From Mustelus asterias (Eukaryota): DNA of 64,000 nt. The stretch is taken from assembly GCF_964213995.1 (NCBI RefSeq), contig NC_135830.1:9052001-9116000 (forward strand), in the 5' to 3' direction. Made by a program: the position numbers and the translations under genes. Every line of letters begins with the position of its first letter. Position 1 is the stretch's first letter. The notes beneath the pieces are model-generated. The model was given only the letters and a program-made list of their open reading frames with translations. It was not told the origin of the DNA and did not search any database. Shown here piece by piece: positions 34,931-48,534 of this stretch.

Positions 34931-37896
34931 CAGGATCCACGTCCCACCTTCCACACCCCCAACAGAATGGAGTCGAGATTTACAATAGGTTATTATTAAA
35001 ACTGACATTTTATTCATGTCGGGATATTAGTTTGGCTGAGTATGTTCATTGTATTGTTTCCATTATTTCTGATGGTGATATTGCAGTTCATCATTTCTTT
35101 ATTTAAATAACTAATTCCATTGTAAATATGCTGAATTTATTACCACGCCCCTAACAAGGACACAAATCTAAAAATGATGAAATAACGCTTTCGGATATAA
35201 AGAGACCGTCAGTCTATTTTGCAACAATTCCGGGTCTCTGTCACATTACAATAATAAAGCATACTTTATCGGAAGAATTGTTATCAATTTCTGTAACTAA
35301 ATGTGGGGGATGAACAAAGTGATTCTATTTACAGTGCGGATGGCTATCACTGTACAATTTGGGTTTGGAGATGAGAAGAAACTCTCACACAATACAATGT
35401 TTCTCCTTATATTTGTCAAACTGTCCCAATCTCGAAGACAGCCCTTTGAAAATAATAAGAATCCCGCCCTCCTGATAATTAAATAGTGAGTTGCCAGAGA
35501 AACATAAAATTAACATCGATTTTTGACAGAGAAGTTAATGATTCGGAACGGACACGGAGATCATTAAAGTTCTCCTTCAGCATCCAAATCGTTGCAGCTC
35601 ACTCTATTGGCCACCGACTGTCTAATATTCATTGGTATTGGGAACACAGGGTATCAGGACTTTGCGGCACATTGCACAATATCACAAGAATAAATGTTTT
35701 ATCTTCCATTGAATCAGGTTATGAACTGATCATTTCTCCACTCATTGGCAGCTATGAGAGGGACTCTTCAATAACAGGAATCAGATTATACTGTACAATA
35801 GAACACGGTGTAAATCAGGTACAAGAGACGCTGCTGTTTAAATGAGATACAGAACGTTCAGAATATTCAGTTTTATGATGTTATTTTAATATTATTTCGA
35901 TGCATTTTTGGCCATTGCTCTGATCTCAATTGACTGGGGAATTGGGACCATCAACGTCTCTCTCTCGCATTTCATGAAGTGGTTAATGAACAGATTATAA
36001 TTATTGGAAAGGCATTTACTTGGAAGATATACAAATGAAAAAGCATCTGGTCACTTTATTGTTTTGCGATACTATTTACTCACATAATGAACTGGACATT
36101 GAATGAAAATATTTGATTAGAATGATTACTATTTAAAATGTGTCTTTCTTGTGCGAATGAAACATTTATTGTTTAAATGGCTGAATCCCATTTTGTCCAT
36201 TCAGGTTCACGCTAATCTTTCCCACACAGTATTTGGCAGCAATCCAGGCTGCTGTCAAATGCTCAAAGTTATTGACAGGAAGCATCTGGGGGTGTTTGTG
36301 AAGTAAATCAATGATCTGTTTCTTCAGTACTGACCGTTTGGCTGCAAGCCAACTTAAAACCCTTCACGTTGTCAATGAGGTCCATTTATAAACAAATCTA
36401 CCCAGTAACAGTACTGGGGGCACTTTAATTTTTTGAAGTTGTAAATCTAGATGAAATTTTCCCATCTCGAAAGAAAGGAAAGTCATGCAGCTTCTCTGGC
36501 ACCCTGTCAGCAACAATAATGATTTTTCCAACACAGCAGGGTATTGTGATAGATGGATAGAAAGAATTACAGGCAAACTGAGAGATGTCTCAGAGAGACG
36601 ATACATGAACATGTTTGCATTTTCCTCCCCTTTATCTTTCCATGGGATGTTTGGTTGGAAAGACCAGCACTTTTTGCCTGTCCCAAATTCCCTTGAACTG
36701 ACTGGTTTTCTAGGCCACTTCTGAAGATATGAAAGAGTCAGCTATTTTGCTGTCCGCTTGCAGTCACATCCTTGTGAGATCAGGTAGCGATGGCAGATTT
36801 CCCCCATTGGGGAATCAGAGATGTTCCAATAGTCGCCATTACTATCTATTTCAGATTTATTAATTGAATTCAAGTTCTACCATCTGTAATGGCCCGATTT
36901 AAATCCCTGTCCTCACATCATTGTCCTGGGCCTCTGGATCACTGGATCAATTAAATTAATATTATGTCACAATCTGCGCAAACAATAAATGTATTACTGT
37001 GTTGATGCAGGAATGAATGACATTTGAATGAATGATGGTTGGATGAGTGACAATTTGATGCCTCAATATTTTGATTGAAGAATCAGTGAATGGATTGATG
37101 GATGCTTTGATAGATGGCATTGAAAGATGCTGTTCTACATTCCCATATTTGTGCTTGATTATTTCATAAATGGAATCAGCTCCTTTATTCCATTTGTGTC
37201 AGTCTAATACCTCCAATTCTTCCAGAATGTCTGGGTGAAATCCATCCCGAGTTTATCGGGAGTTAGCAAGCTGATTCTCATGGAGAGAAGGACGAGATAT
37301 TCCTGCGGCTCGGAAGGTTCATTTCTCTGCTGATGCTGAATCTTCATATCCAAGATAAAAAGAGTGAACATGATTAGTTTGAGGAGGGAGGATTGTAATA
37401 TTTGAAACATCTGGTTCTTTCACGTGCAACAAATCACTCAACATGCCATCACCCAAACTAGAGAAGGTAACAGGGTGAAAAGTAAATAAGGTAACAACAG
37501 AAATATTGTGAGACTCACTGGACAACTCCAAGTGTTACATTACTTCCCAAAACAGTGTAATAATGAATCCGGATTTAAAGATTCCGTAACTTCACATGAG
37601 GTACAGGTAGTTTCATTTATATCATCACTTTGAAAATCATCACACACTCCAGCTATTTATCAGGACTTTCTATGTGATGATGAGGTGATTACTTTTCAAT
37701 GAAGCGCAGAGGCTGCTGGGTAGCTGTTCATTATCCTCGGTCTGAATTAATTCAATTCCCCACTGAATTCTGGGACAGATTTTATTTTTTGGAGAAAAAA
37801 AGGCCAATAAAATGTTAATAAATGTTAATATCAATAAATCATACGAAGCAAATTACAATTGTATGTTGTATAGAATGAAATACTGAAAGCAAACTG

Positions 37897-38358
37897 AAAA
37901 TGCTGGAAAAACGCAGCAGGTCTGACAGCATCTGTGGGGACAGAATAGAGCCTGGATGACGCTTCAACTGAGTATTCCTGATGCATTGGAGAGATCATCA
38001 TTGTTTCTAACAAAGTGTCAGAGAAACTGTACAACTTTCCTGCAAGATGGGAATAGTTTAAGTAGTTACTGTTTAATGATATACACTATTACGAGCCACA
38101 CACAAGTTACATCAATTCATGTATCGATCCCAAATATCATAATTAACTTCTCCATCCTAACTAACCTAATCAACGCCTCAATCACTAACTATACCCTCAA
38201 AAAAAACTGCCTCATCCCTATCCACCCTCAAAATTTCCCAATTTCATCATCCTTTTCAAATTTCTCCAGATAAAAAAGGGTCATCCTGACTCAAAACGTT
38301 GGCTCTATTCTCTCTCCACAGATGCTGTCAGATCTGTTGAGATTTTTCAGAATTTATT
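37897..38358. mobile_element. Element with ~55-bp inverted arms (MER6/Penelope-like shark repeat)
   Basis: AAAATGCTGGAAAAACGCAGCAGGTCTGACAGCATCTGTGG at ~37897-37937 is inverted at ~38316-38358; same family as 45860-46896. Confidence 0.65.
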
Positions 38359-38844
38359 GTTTTTGTTTTAGTTTCCAGAATCCGCAGTGTTTTGCTTTTT
38401 TCAAAATGCTGAATATAATTGGTGAAATAATTGTTTATCTGTAAGAACTGATGATAACTGGTGAATTGGAACAACCCCGCCTGGAAATTCCCCTCCAAGA
38501 CACTCATCAACCTGACTTGAACATATGTTACCGTTCCTATACTATCGCTGGGTCGGAATCCATGAGCACCCTCCCAAACAGCACTATGGGAGTACCTACA
38601 TTGCAGGTTTTGCAGCGGATCAAGAAGGCGGCTCACCACCAATTTACCGAATGCAATTAGTATTGGGGAATAAATGCTGGCCTAGACATGGTCGCCATAA
38701 AGTAATGTTAAATATACTAACCTTTATGAATGAACGATAACTGGTCAATGCATTTATTAAACTGTGAATGGACGGTCATTGTGAAAATAATTACTATTTT
38801 TCTGAACATTTATGACATTCTCCTTATCTGCTGGAAGATTTAAG

Positions 38845-39152
38845 GTTTGAAGTTTATTTATTAGTGTCACAAGTAGGCTTACATTAACACTGCCATGAAG
38901 TTACTGTGAAAATCCCCGAGTCGCCACATTGCGGCATCTGTTTGGGTAACCTGAGGGAGAATTTAACCTGGCTGTGCACCTTACCTGCATGCCTTTTTGG
39001 ACTGTGTGAGGAAACTGGAACACCCAGAAGAAATCCACGCATACACGGAGAATGTGCGGACACCGCACAGACACTGACCCAAGCCGGCAACCAAACCTGT
39101 GGCCCTGGCGCTGTGAGGCAACAGAGTTGACCACTGTGCCACACTGGCACCC
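38845..39152 (-). mobile_element. V-SINE-type SINE
   Basis: Reverse-complement head (GGTGCCAGTGTGGCACAGTGG) and core, with a TCACAGTAACTTCAT...AATAAA tail. Confidence 0.8.
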
Positions 39153-41412
39153 ACCATTCCACAAGAGGTGTATAATTCAAATTCATCACACTTTTTGAAA
39201 AGTAAGCCAATGGAAGAGACTGCTCCAGCTACAGACATATCTCAGTCATAGCATCACAGGAATGATATTTGCTATGGTCCCACTTGAAATACATCATCTG
39301 CTTGCAGACCGGGTGTTCCTGATGTGCAGTTCAGTGATTGTGTTGAAAGATTTACTCCAGGCAACAACTTCTCCATGTTCCATATGTGTCCATATCTTTA
39401 ACGTACTTCGTTCCATCTCGCTAAGACATTCAACACCGTCAGCAGGGCAAGGACTACAGGATTTTGCTGATAATTGGCTCTACACCAAAGCTCCTAATAT
39501 CCATTCATGATACAAAAACGATAACACACACTGACAAATGGTAGCTTAATGGGCAGAACTTGTGGCAGAATTAACCTTACGAGCGAAATGCAGTTAATGG
39601 GAATCAAGGGAAAAACAGTCCACAGGCTGGAGCACAAAGGAAGATGGTTGTGATTGTTAATGGTCAATGATCTCAGTCACAGGGCTTTGCAGGAATCCTT
39701 CAGGTTAGTGACCAAGCCCCAAGCTTCAGCCATCATCAAAGCTCATATGTGGTTTGTTCACTGGTGATTGAACAAAGTTCAGCACCAGTTCCGACTCCTC
39801 AGGGACTGACACAGTCTGTGTCCATATGAAGCAAGAGTTAGAAAACATTCAGTCTTGGGATAATGAGTGGCAAGTAACATTAATGTCACACAAGTGGCAG
39901 ACAATTACCCTCTCCAATAAGGGAGATTCCAACCATCTCCCCTTGACACTAAGTAGTGTTACTACCGCAGAATCCCTCACTATCAACATCCTGGGCATTA
40001 TACTTCGTGAAAATCTGAACTGGAAAATACATTTAAATCATGTGGCTACAAGAGAAGGTCAGATGTCAGGAGTTCGGCAGTGAACAGCTGACCTCCTGAA
40101 TTCCCAAACTCTATCCTTCATCTACAAGGCAAAGGTGAGGAGTATGAACAAAGAACAAAGAACAGTACAGCACATGAAAACGCCCTTCTGCCCACCAAGT
40201 CTGTTCCAACACAGCTGATTGAATATTCTCTACTTGACTGACTTGTGGCACTCAAAAAGCTCAATGCCTTTCTGGAAAAAGTAGCTGTCTCGAAGAACAC
40301 CCCACCCACCAGCTTCCCAAAGGAAATCATAGTTTGGCAACAAAAGTTGACATTATCAGTGACGTCAAAATCCCATGAAGTAATGTTAAACATATCATAT
40401 CTCTGCTTATATTCAACTCGCCTCTGACTCTGTGTTACACTAGGCTCTGCCTGGATCACATTCCAGGAGGTCCTGCCTAAGTTTTTTCCTGCACTCTGCT
40501 CAATATCAGCTGTCCATGTACGAGGCACAGGCTCTGTTAATATTATAATTTCTAAATTATGGCTGCACTTAGCCATGTCTCTGCTAATCTGACAAGAGGC
40601 CGTGTCTTAATTCTTACTGCCTCAGAACATTTACCACTGTATACTAAACTGGAAATACTGTCTTCATGCATTACACATGGTTCTGTCACAGTTATTTTGC
40701 TAACAGTTCATTAGATTTTAATAATCTAGATCATTTTTAAGTTAATGCTGCACCAGTCCATGTATTTGATTGTTTAAGACTATTTCATGTCTCGTTTTAT
40801 TGTACTTTGTAATACCTCCTAATTGCTGCATTGTCCGAATCTCAGTGTGTATCAGTCTCGGTCCTGTATCAGGGATTACTACGAAGAAGGTGGGCTCTGT
40901 CTCAGTTTATATCAGTCAAGGTACTGTATCAGTAATTATCACTAACACACTGGACTCTGCCTCAGTTTAAACCTGTCTCTGTCCTGTATCAGTAATTATT
41001 ACTAATGCACTTGGCTCCATCTCAGTTCATACAAATCTCGGTCCAGTATCATTAATTACTCGGCGCTGTCCCAGTTCATGTCGCACAAGCTCCTATATCA
41101 GTAAAACTGCGATAGACACTGTCTCAGTTTTCTTTTCCTCGACAATGTCATTTTTAAAAATGTTTCTTTCATGGGATGTGGCTTGTCACTGGAATTTGGC
41201 ATTTGACCATCCCCACATGGCACTCGGCACTAACTCATTTCTATTTTGTTGGATCAGGCCCCTGTTTATATTAAAATACCGTCTGGCTCTGTTAATACTC
41301 TGCTACACCCAGAACACAGTTTATATTGCACTAGACATTCTCTCTGGATATGTAATATTTGATACTGACCCTGTATATATTTCACTAGGCTGTGTCAGTG
41401 TTATTCTTGCAC

Positions 41413-42055
41413 TGGTGGAGGAGGTGGTTAAGAAGGCTTATGGTGTGCTGGCCTTTATCAATCGTGGGATTGAGTTTAGGAGTCCGGGGATAATGATGCA
41501 GCTATATAAGACTCTCGTCAGACCCCACTTGGAGTACTGTGCTCAGTTCTGGTCGCCTCATTACAGGAAGGATGTGGAAAAGCTTGAAACGGTGCAGAGG
41601 AGATTTACAAGGATGTTGCCTGGATTGAGTGGCATGCCTTATGAGGATAGGCTGAGGGAGCTCGGTCTTTTCTCCTTGGAGAGTCGTAGGATGAGAGGAG
41701 ACCTAATAGAGGTATATAATATGTTGAGAGGCATAGATCGGGTGGACTCTCAGAGGCTTTTTCCCAGGGTGGAAATGGCTGCTACGAGAGGACACAGGTT
41801 TAAGGTGCTGGGGGGTAGGTACAGGGGAAATGTGAGGGGGAAGTTTTTCACACAGAGGGTGGTGGGCGAGTGGAATCGGTTGCCGTCAGTGGTGGTGGAG
41901 GCAAACTCAATAGGGTCTTTTAAGAGACTCCTGGATGAGTAAGTGAGACTTAATAGGATGGAGGGTTATAGGTAGGCCTAAAAGATAGGGATATGTTCGG
42001 CACAACTTGTGGGGCCGAAGGGCCTGTTTTGTGCTGTAATCTTCTATGTTTCTAT
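41413..42055 (+). mobile_element. CR1 LINE 3' fragment
   Basis: VVKKAYGVLAFI...LYKTLVRPHLEYC...FFTQRVVGEWN followed by a TTCTATG tail. Confidence 0.93.
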
Positions 42056-43154
42056 TAACTATACCTCTGTTTGAATTATGTCTGTATTACTACACGGTTC
42101 TTCAAGAAGAAGAGGTAATATGTTGGGTAAAGACATTGCTATCAGGCAGGATTGAGAAACTGGCAGTATTGGATCGACAGTATTTGGTTGGTGCAGTCTT
42201 GGAGGGCCGATGGACCTTTTCCTGTGCTGTAATTGTCTTTGTTTTTTGTTCTTTGTTGACAGTGCATGCTACACAGGGCTTAGTATCCATTTTCAATGCA
42301 GTCAGCAGAAGTAGATTTCAGATATCACTTCTTCTTTTCCAGTGCCCAAAACCTCATAGAGTTTGCACTTGCAGTAGGATGCAGAGAATTGTGTTCCCCC
42401 AACCACTTTCATCATGACTGGCATTGTCCAGTGCAGTAAATATCCAATACAATATAAACGTGGACACGGTCAATTGCAGAAATAAGACTGCATCTAGTTT
42501 GATACAAACACGGACAGATCTAAATTAGTACAAACAGAGACAACGTCTAGTTTAATATAAACAGAAACATGGTGAAGTATAATATAAACAGGGATAGCGT
42601 CTAACTTAGTATAAACAGATAAAACATCCAGTTTAAGATGGATAGAGACTGGCAATATAAAATTCTACGTGCAATATAGAAAGAGTTAGGGTCTAGTGAA
42701 AAATAAACAGGGTCTTGGCCTCATAATATAAGCTGATACAGGGTAAATTTACTGTAATATAAAGAGACTGGTTAAATCCCCATGAAATTTGTAGAGACGG
42801 CCGACTGTCCCATCAAAAACTTGCAGGACAGCAGTAACATAGGGTTAGCAGCAGAATGTAAAGTTCCCTCTGCATTGCCAAATTAAATACTCCAAGGCAG
42901 GAATAGCATGAGTTACATGCAAAGTTAATCTCCCTCTACACTATCCAAATCAAACATTCTCAGAACATTATCCTGTCTGGAAACAGAGTGAAACTCCCTC
43001 TACAAAGTCTGCTCAAACAAAATGAAGGCAGAAAGAGCATGGACTCTCTTCTACGTAAAACCTCTTCTGCACTCTTCCTTTAGAGATTCGGGAGGCAGGT
43101 TTAAATTCGTACTAGGTACAGGGGAAAGACCGTCTACACAGTTCCATAAAACAC

Positions 43155-43520
43155 GGGGCGGCACGGTAGCACAGTGGTTGGGGCGGCACGGTAGCACAGT
43201 GGTTAGCACTGCTGCTTCACAGCTCCAGGGTCCCGGGTTCGATTCCCGGCTCGGGTCACTGTCTGTGTAGAGTTTGCACATTCTCCTCGTGTCTGCGTGG
43301 GTTTCCTCCGGGTGCTCCGGTTTCCTCCCACAGTCCAAAGATGTGCGGGTTAGGTTGATTGGCCAGGTTAAAAATTGCCCCTTAGAGTCCTGGGATGCGT
43401 AGGTTAGAGGGATTAGCGGGTAAATATGTGGGGGTAGGGCCTGGGTGGGATTGTGGTCGGTGCAGACTCGATGGGCCGAATGGCCTCCTTCTGCACTGTA
43501 GGATTTCTATGATTTCTATG
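43155..43520 (+). mobile_element. Full-length HE1/V-SINE with a duplicated 5' end and AAAACAC target-site duplication
   Basis: GGGGCGGCACGGTAGCACAGTGGTT appears twice at the head; AAAACAC at 43148-43154 and 43521-43527. Confidence 0.92.
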
Positions 43521-45804
43521 AAAACACACCCAGGTCAGATACAGCAGAGATTAGATACGGATTAAATCTTCCTTGACAAAGTCATATCAAACATTCAAAA
43601 GGCAGGGACAGTGTGTTTAGATGCAGAGTAAATGTTCCTCGACACTGTCCAGTCAAATACTTCAAGGACAGGGACAGCACCGGCTAAATATAGGGAAAGA
43701 TCCTTCGGAACTGCCACGTCGAATCCTTATCATTAAGTACAGCCGAGGTTAGATACAGAACAAAATGTATCAAGCATTTCAAGATCATAGAATGCTCAAG
43801 AGATCTTTTAGAGTAAATCTCATTCACAGATTCCAATTCATTGAATTACATTCTTTTAGAAGCCTATATTTCTGGCTGAGACAATAGATTGGGCAGACAC
43901 TGACTTTATGCTGTGGAGTGAAGACGATGAACCATCTTGGAGAGACAAGACACAGAACCAGACAAGAGAAAGACAGAGAAAGGGATGAAATGCAGGGAAT
44001 TTCCACGAAAACATTTGCAGTGTCATTATATTTCGGAATCAGAGGGATTATTTCCTAATTCAGAACATAGATATCATCATGATGTTTTTCTTCACATAAC
44101 TGACGAAGAAATAATGTGGAAAAACAATCATTACTGGAATCCGTTGATTGATTTGCATGGTTGTCTCTATTTCTGTGCTGTGTTCGTGGGGAAATATTTG
44201 TTGTGTTTTTGTCAGTCAACAATCTAATTTGGAATTTCTATTTTTGTATTTATTTACATAAAAAGCTCACTGGTTACAATGAAATGTCCATGACAGCAAA
44301 ACCAGATAAACCGTCACTTATTGATCAGTTTCAACTCAAAATAGCGGTTTATTTTAAGAATATTAACAGTTGGTTCGAAGTGAATAGAAACTTTTTGAAC
44401 ATTCATAACACCAGATGTATTTAATTAAAAGAAAATGATACATTCCATTTCAGAATTAGTTCTGAAAGTTCTGATGTCACAATTAACAAAGCATCTGTGA
44501 ACAGGCAGATATTCCACTCAGTGTTAACTTGATTGAGGATTTAATCTGTTTAAACTAGACAAGTTAAATAAAAAAAACAGACCTGATGTCTGAAGTATTC
44601 CTATCACAAATAGTGATCACACTCACACGAGGGAAGAATAAAAAACCCAGTGTGGTTATCACTAGGAGATACAATTAGCTTTGCTGCCTCACAGCGACAG
44701 AGAAGCGGGTTCGATTCCAACCTCGGGTGACTGTGTGTGGTTTTCACATTCTACCCATATCCATGTGAGTTTCCTCGAGTGCTCCAATTTCCTTCCACAG
44801 TCCAAGGATGTGCAGGTTTGGTGGATTGGCTATGATAAATTGCCCCTTAGCGTCCAACGATGTGCAACGTAGAATCATAGCCTCCCTACAGTGCAGAAGG
44901 AGACCATTCGGTTCATCAACTCTGCACCAGCTATCAATTCCCAAGGCCAAGGTGGATTGGCTGTGCTAAATTGCCTGTTAGTGTCCAACGATGTGGAGGA
45001 TCGGGGGATTAGCCTGTGAATTATGTCGTTGTCGGGATAGGGTGAAGGCTGGGCCTGGATCGGATGCTCTGCTGGAGAACCGCTGCAAACTTGTTCGACC
45101 GAATGGCCTCCTTTTGAACCGTAGGGATTATATGATTTCATGCTGCTATGATCAGGCAGAAGAATGACTGTATTCGTATTAATCTCAGCGCTTCCAAAGA
45201 ATTACAACTTTCATTTTAGTGGAACTTGCATCTACAGAACAATTTACCCGACCTCATGTCCTCTCAAAGTTCTTAAAGCTCACTGATGTACCTTTCCTGA
45301 ATTTAGTCACTGCTGTAATGTTGGAAATACAGCAGGTAATAGTCGTACAACTTGCTCCAACAAACTGAGATGTAATAAGTGGCCAGTAAATTTGTGATTT
45401 TATTTGAAGAATGAGGACTTGCGTAGGATATTGGGCAGAACAGCCTTGCTCTTCGTAATTATATCAATGAGATTTTGCATCCTGGCATCGATCTTAAATG
45501 TGAATCGGGTTCTGTCTCTGCTGATGCCCACTGAGCTGCTGAGTGGCATTTTTGTTGTTTTAGTTTTAGATTTCCGGAATCTTCAGCACTTTGCACTGTT
45601 TTTATTGATCTCTGGATGTGAGCATCACTGACAAAGGAACATTAATTGTCCCTGCTGAAAAGGCGATTGTGAACCGCCTCGTTGAAACCTACCCTCGGGA
45701 TGATTTTATTGTTTAACTTTCCATAGCAGCTTTGATACAACTGGATAGCTTGCTCGGCAATTTCAGTGGTGGCTAAGAGTCATTTTCATCACAGTGGACC
45801 GGGG

Positions 45805-47141
45805 AAAGATAGGAATCTTCGGTTTTCATGTTATTTCCAAAGAGACGATGTTGTTTGAAGTACAAAAGCAATTCTGCGGATTTTGGAATTGAAAGCAAAA
45901 GATAAAATGCTGGAAAACCTCAGCAGGCCTGGTAGTATCTGTAAGGAGAGAAAAGAGCTGGGCTGAGAGGTGGCAAATGGAGTTTAATGCGGAAAAGTGC
46001 GAAGTGATTCATTTTGGAAGGAGTAACAGGAACACAGAGTACTGGGCTAATGGTAAGATACTAGGTAGTGTGGATGAACAGAGGGATCTGGGTGTCTATG
46101 TGCATAGATCCCTGAAAGTTGGCACCCAGGTTGATAGGGTTGTTAAGAAGGCGTATGGTGTGTTAGCTTTTATTGGTAGAGGGATTGAGTTTCGGAGCCA
46201 GGAGGTCATGTTGCAACTGTACAAAACTCTGGTGCGGCCGCACTTGGAGTATTGTGTACAGTTCTGGTCGCCGCATTATAGGAAGGATGTGGAAGTGTTG
46301 GAAAGGGTGCAGTGGAGATTTACCAGGATGTTGCCTGGTATGGTGGGAAAATCGTGTGAGGAAAGGCTGAGGGGCTTGAGGTTGTTTTCGTTAGAGAGAA
46401 GAAGGTTAAGAGGTGACTTACTAGAGGCATACAAGATGATCAGAGGATTAGATAGGGTGGATAGTGAGAGCCTTTTTCCTTGCATGGTGATGGCTAACAC
46501 TAGGGGACATAGCTTTAAATTGAGGGGTGATAGATATAGGACACATGTTCGAGGTAGGTTCTTTACTCAGAGAGTAGTAAGGGCGTGGAATGCCCTGCCT
46601 GCAGCAGGAGTAGACTCGTCAACATTAAGAGCATTCAAATGATTATTGGATAAACATATGGATGATATTGGAATAGTGTAGATTAGATGGGCTTTAGAGT
46701 GGTTTCACTGGTCGGCCCAACATCGAGGGCCGAAGGGCCTGTACTGCGCTGTGATGTTCTATGTTCTATGTTTCTTCTCCAGGTAGTCTTTTGACAAAGC
46801 TTTGACAAAGGGTCACCTGGACTCGAAAAGTCAGCTCTTCTCTCTCCTTACAGATGCTGCCAGACTTGCTGAGATTTTCCAGCATTTTCTCTTCACGTTG
46901 TTTGAAATGTCTTTGGGCGGAGTAAATTAATTCTGACTTTCTGGGGTAGAGGAATTGTAGGTTGATCCAAGATTATCATACTGAAGAAGACACTATAAAG
47001 ATTGTTCAGGGACCTGTGGGACTCAGACCATCCAGTTGCTGCCAATATTCAGCGCATTGTCTTTGCAGCTCAGTCTCAGGGAGCCTCAGGGATGCCCGGT
47101 TTCTGCCTCTGGCTTAGTTAACGTAACCTCCGATTCGATAC
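45805..47141 (-). pseudogene. IGHV: IgH V pseudogene, split in FR3 by a ~1-kb insertion and truncated before YYC/RSS
   Basis: 47141-46897 reads IESEVTLTKPEAETGHP*GSLRLSCKDNALNIGSNWMV*VPQVPEQSL*CLLQY...FTPPKDISNN; it resumes at 45859 as SNNIVSLEIT/KTEDS. Acceptor mutated (ACAA|GT). Not in the ORF track. Confidence 0.9.
45860..46896 (+). mobile_element. Inverted-arm element with a nested CR1 (45961-46771), flanked by 10-bp TSD GTTGTTTGAA
   Basis: TSD at 45850-45859 and 46897-46906; CR1 ORF 45977-46642 (MEFNAEKCEVIHFG...FFTQRVVRAWNALP). Confidence 0.9.
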
Positions 47142-47174
47142 TTGTAAAAATATGAAAAAGACAATGACAACAAA

Positions 47175-47500
47175 ACGCCCGGACACATCCCGGACACACT
47201 CTTTCACCTTTCTACATCGGGAACAAGATAGAAAAGTATGAGGATATGTAGAAACCGATTAAAAAACAGCTTCTTTTCTGCTGCAATCAGACTTTTCAAT
47301 GGACCTACCTCGCATTAAGTTGATCTTTCTCTGCACCCTCGCTCTGACTGTAACACTACATTCTGCACTCTCTCGTTTCCTTCTCTATGTACGGTATGCT
47401 CTCTCCTTATAGTGCACAAGAAACAATAATTTTCATTGCGCATTAATATGCATGACAATAAAAAATCAAATCAAACCAAATCAAATCAAATCAAATAAAT
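47175..47500 (+). mobile_element. Rex1/Babar-like LINE 3' end inserted in the leader intron of the VH pseudogene
   Basis: Same 3' sequence as 7820-8245, with an (AAATC)n tail. Confidence 0.8.
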
Positions 47501-48221
47501 CAAAAACCCCGAGGATTATTCCCGGTGAATTGATTGCTGACACTGACATTCCAGAGAGAGACTAAGACTGAGGCAGTAACAATGAGATCCATTGTAATGC
47601 CTCTGCTAGTCCAAGAGGTGAAATTGCAATTGAGTCTCTGTTAGAGAAAAAAGAACAGTTTCATTGTAAATTAAGTCCCTTCATTTATCGACCCCTCCAC
47701 AAGGGAATAGACATAAACAAGATGACATTACCTTATCAGGGTAAAGACGTCAATCTGACTTGCAATAATTCTGTCTCTCTCTAACACATTGCAGCAAAAA
47801 TATAATTCATTGGAGCAATTATTATCGATTTATTGTATTTCAGGTGTGGATAGCTATCACTGTAATTTGGGAGTGGACATAAGAAGAAGGGAAGCAATGG
47901 CCTGGTATTTTTGTCGCTAGACAATTAATCCACAAACTCAACTCATGTTCTCAGGATCCGGCTTCGAATCCCAACGCGGCAGATGGTAGAATTTAAATTA
48001 AGTAAAAACATCTGGAATTAAGAATCTACTTATGACCATGATACCATTGCCGATTGTTTAAAAACTTATCTCGTTCACTAATGTATTTTAGGGAAGGGAA
48101 TCTGCTGTTCTTACTTGGTCTGGCCTACATGTGATTCCAGAGCCACAGCAATGTGGTTGGCTCTCAACTGCCCTCGGATAAGAGGTGGGCAATAAATGCC
48201 GATCATCCAGTGGCACGATGT

Positions 48222-48534
48222 CCATAGAATCCCTACAGAGCAGAAGGAGACCATTTGGCCTATCAGGCCCGCACCGACACCTTTCCCACCCGGGCCCTAT
48301 ACCCATCACCCCACGTATATTCCCTGCTAATTCCCTTGACACTACGGGACAATTTATCATCGCCTATCAGCCTAAGCAGCACATCATTGGACCGAATGAG
48401 TAAATAGGCAGACAATTGGAGAGTGTGCAGACTCCACAGAGACAGTGACTCCACACAGAACCAAACCGGTAATTGAACCCGGGTCCCTGGCGCTGTGAGG
48501 CAGAAGTGTTAACAACTATGCCACTGTGCCTCCC
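48222..48534 (-). mobile_element. HE1/V-SINE, diverged
   Basis: Reverse-complement SINE head and tail. Confidence 0.8.

Noticed and set aside
41145-41942. 265-aa ORF as a host gene (likewise 45977, 50285 and 865)
   Set aside because: CR1 reverse-transcriptase fragments; the N-terminal part is chance read-through from flanking DNA.
45790-45796. CACAGTG at the VH pseudogene breakpoint as its RSS or a RAG scar
   Set aside because: No nonamer at 12 or 23 bp, and the paralogous position (~59381) shows it belongs to an interspersed repeat.
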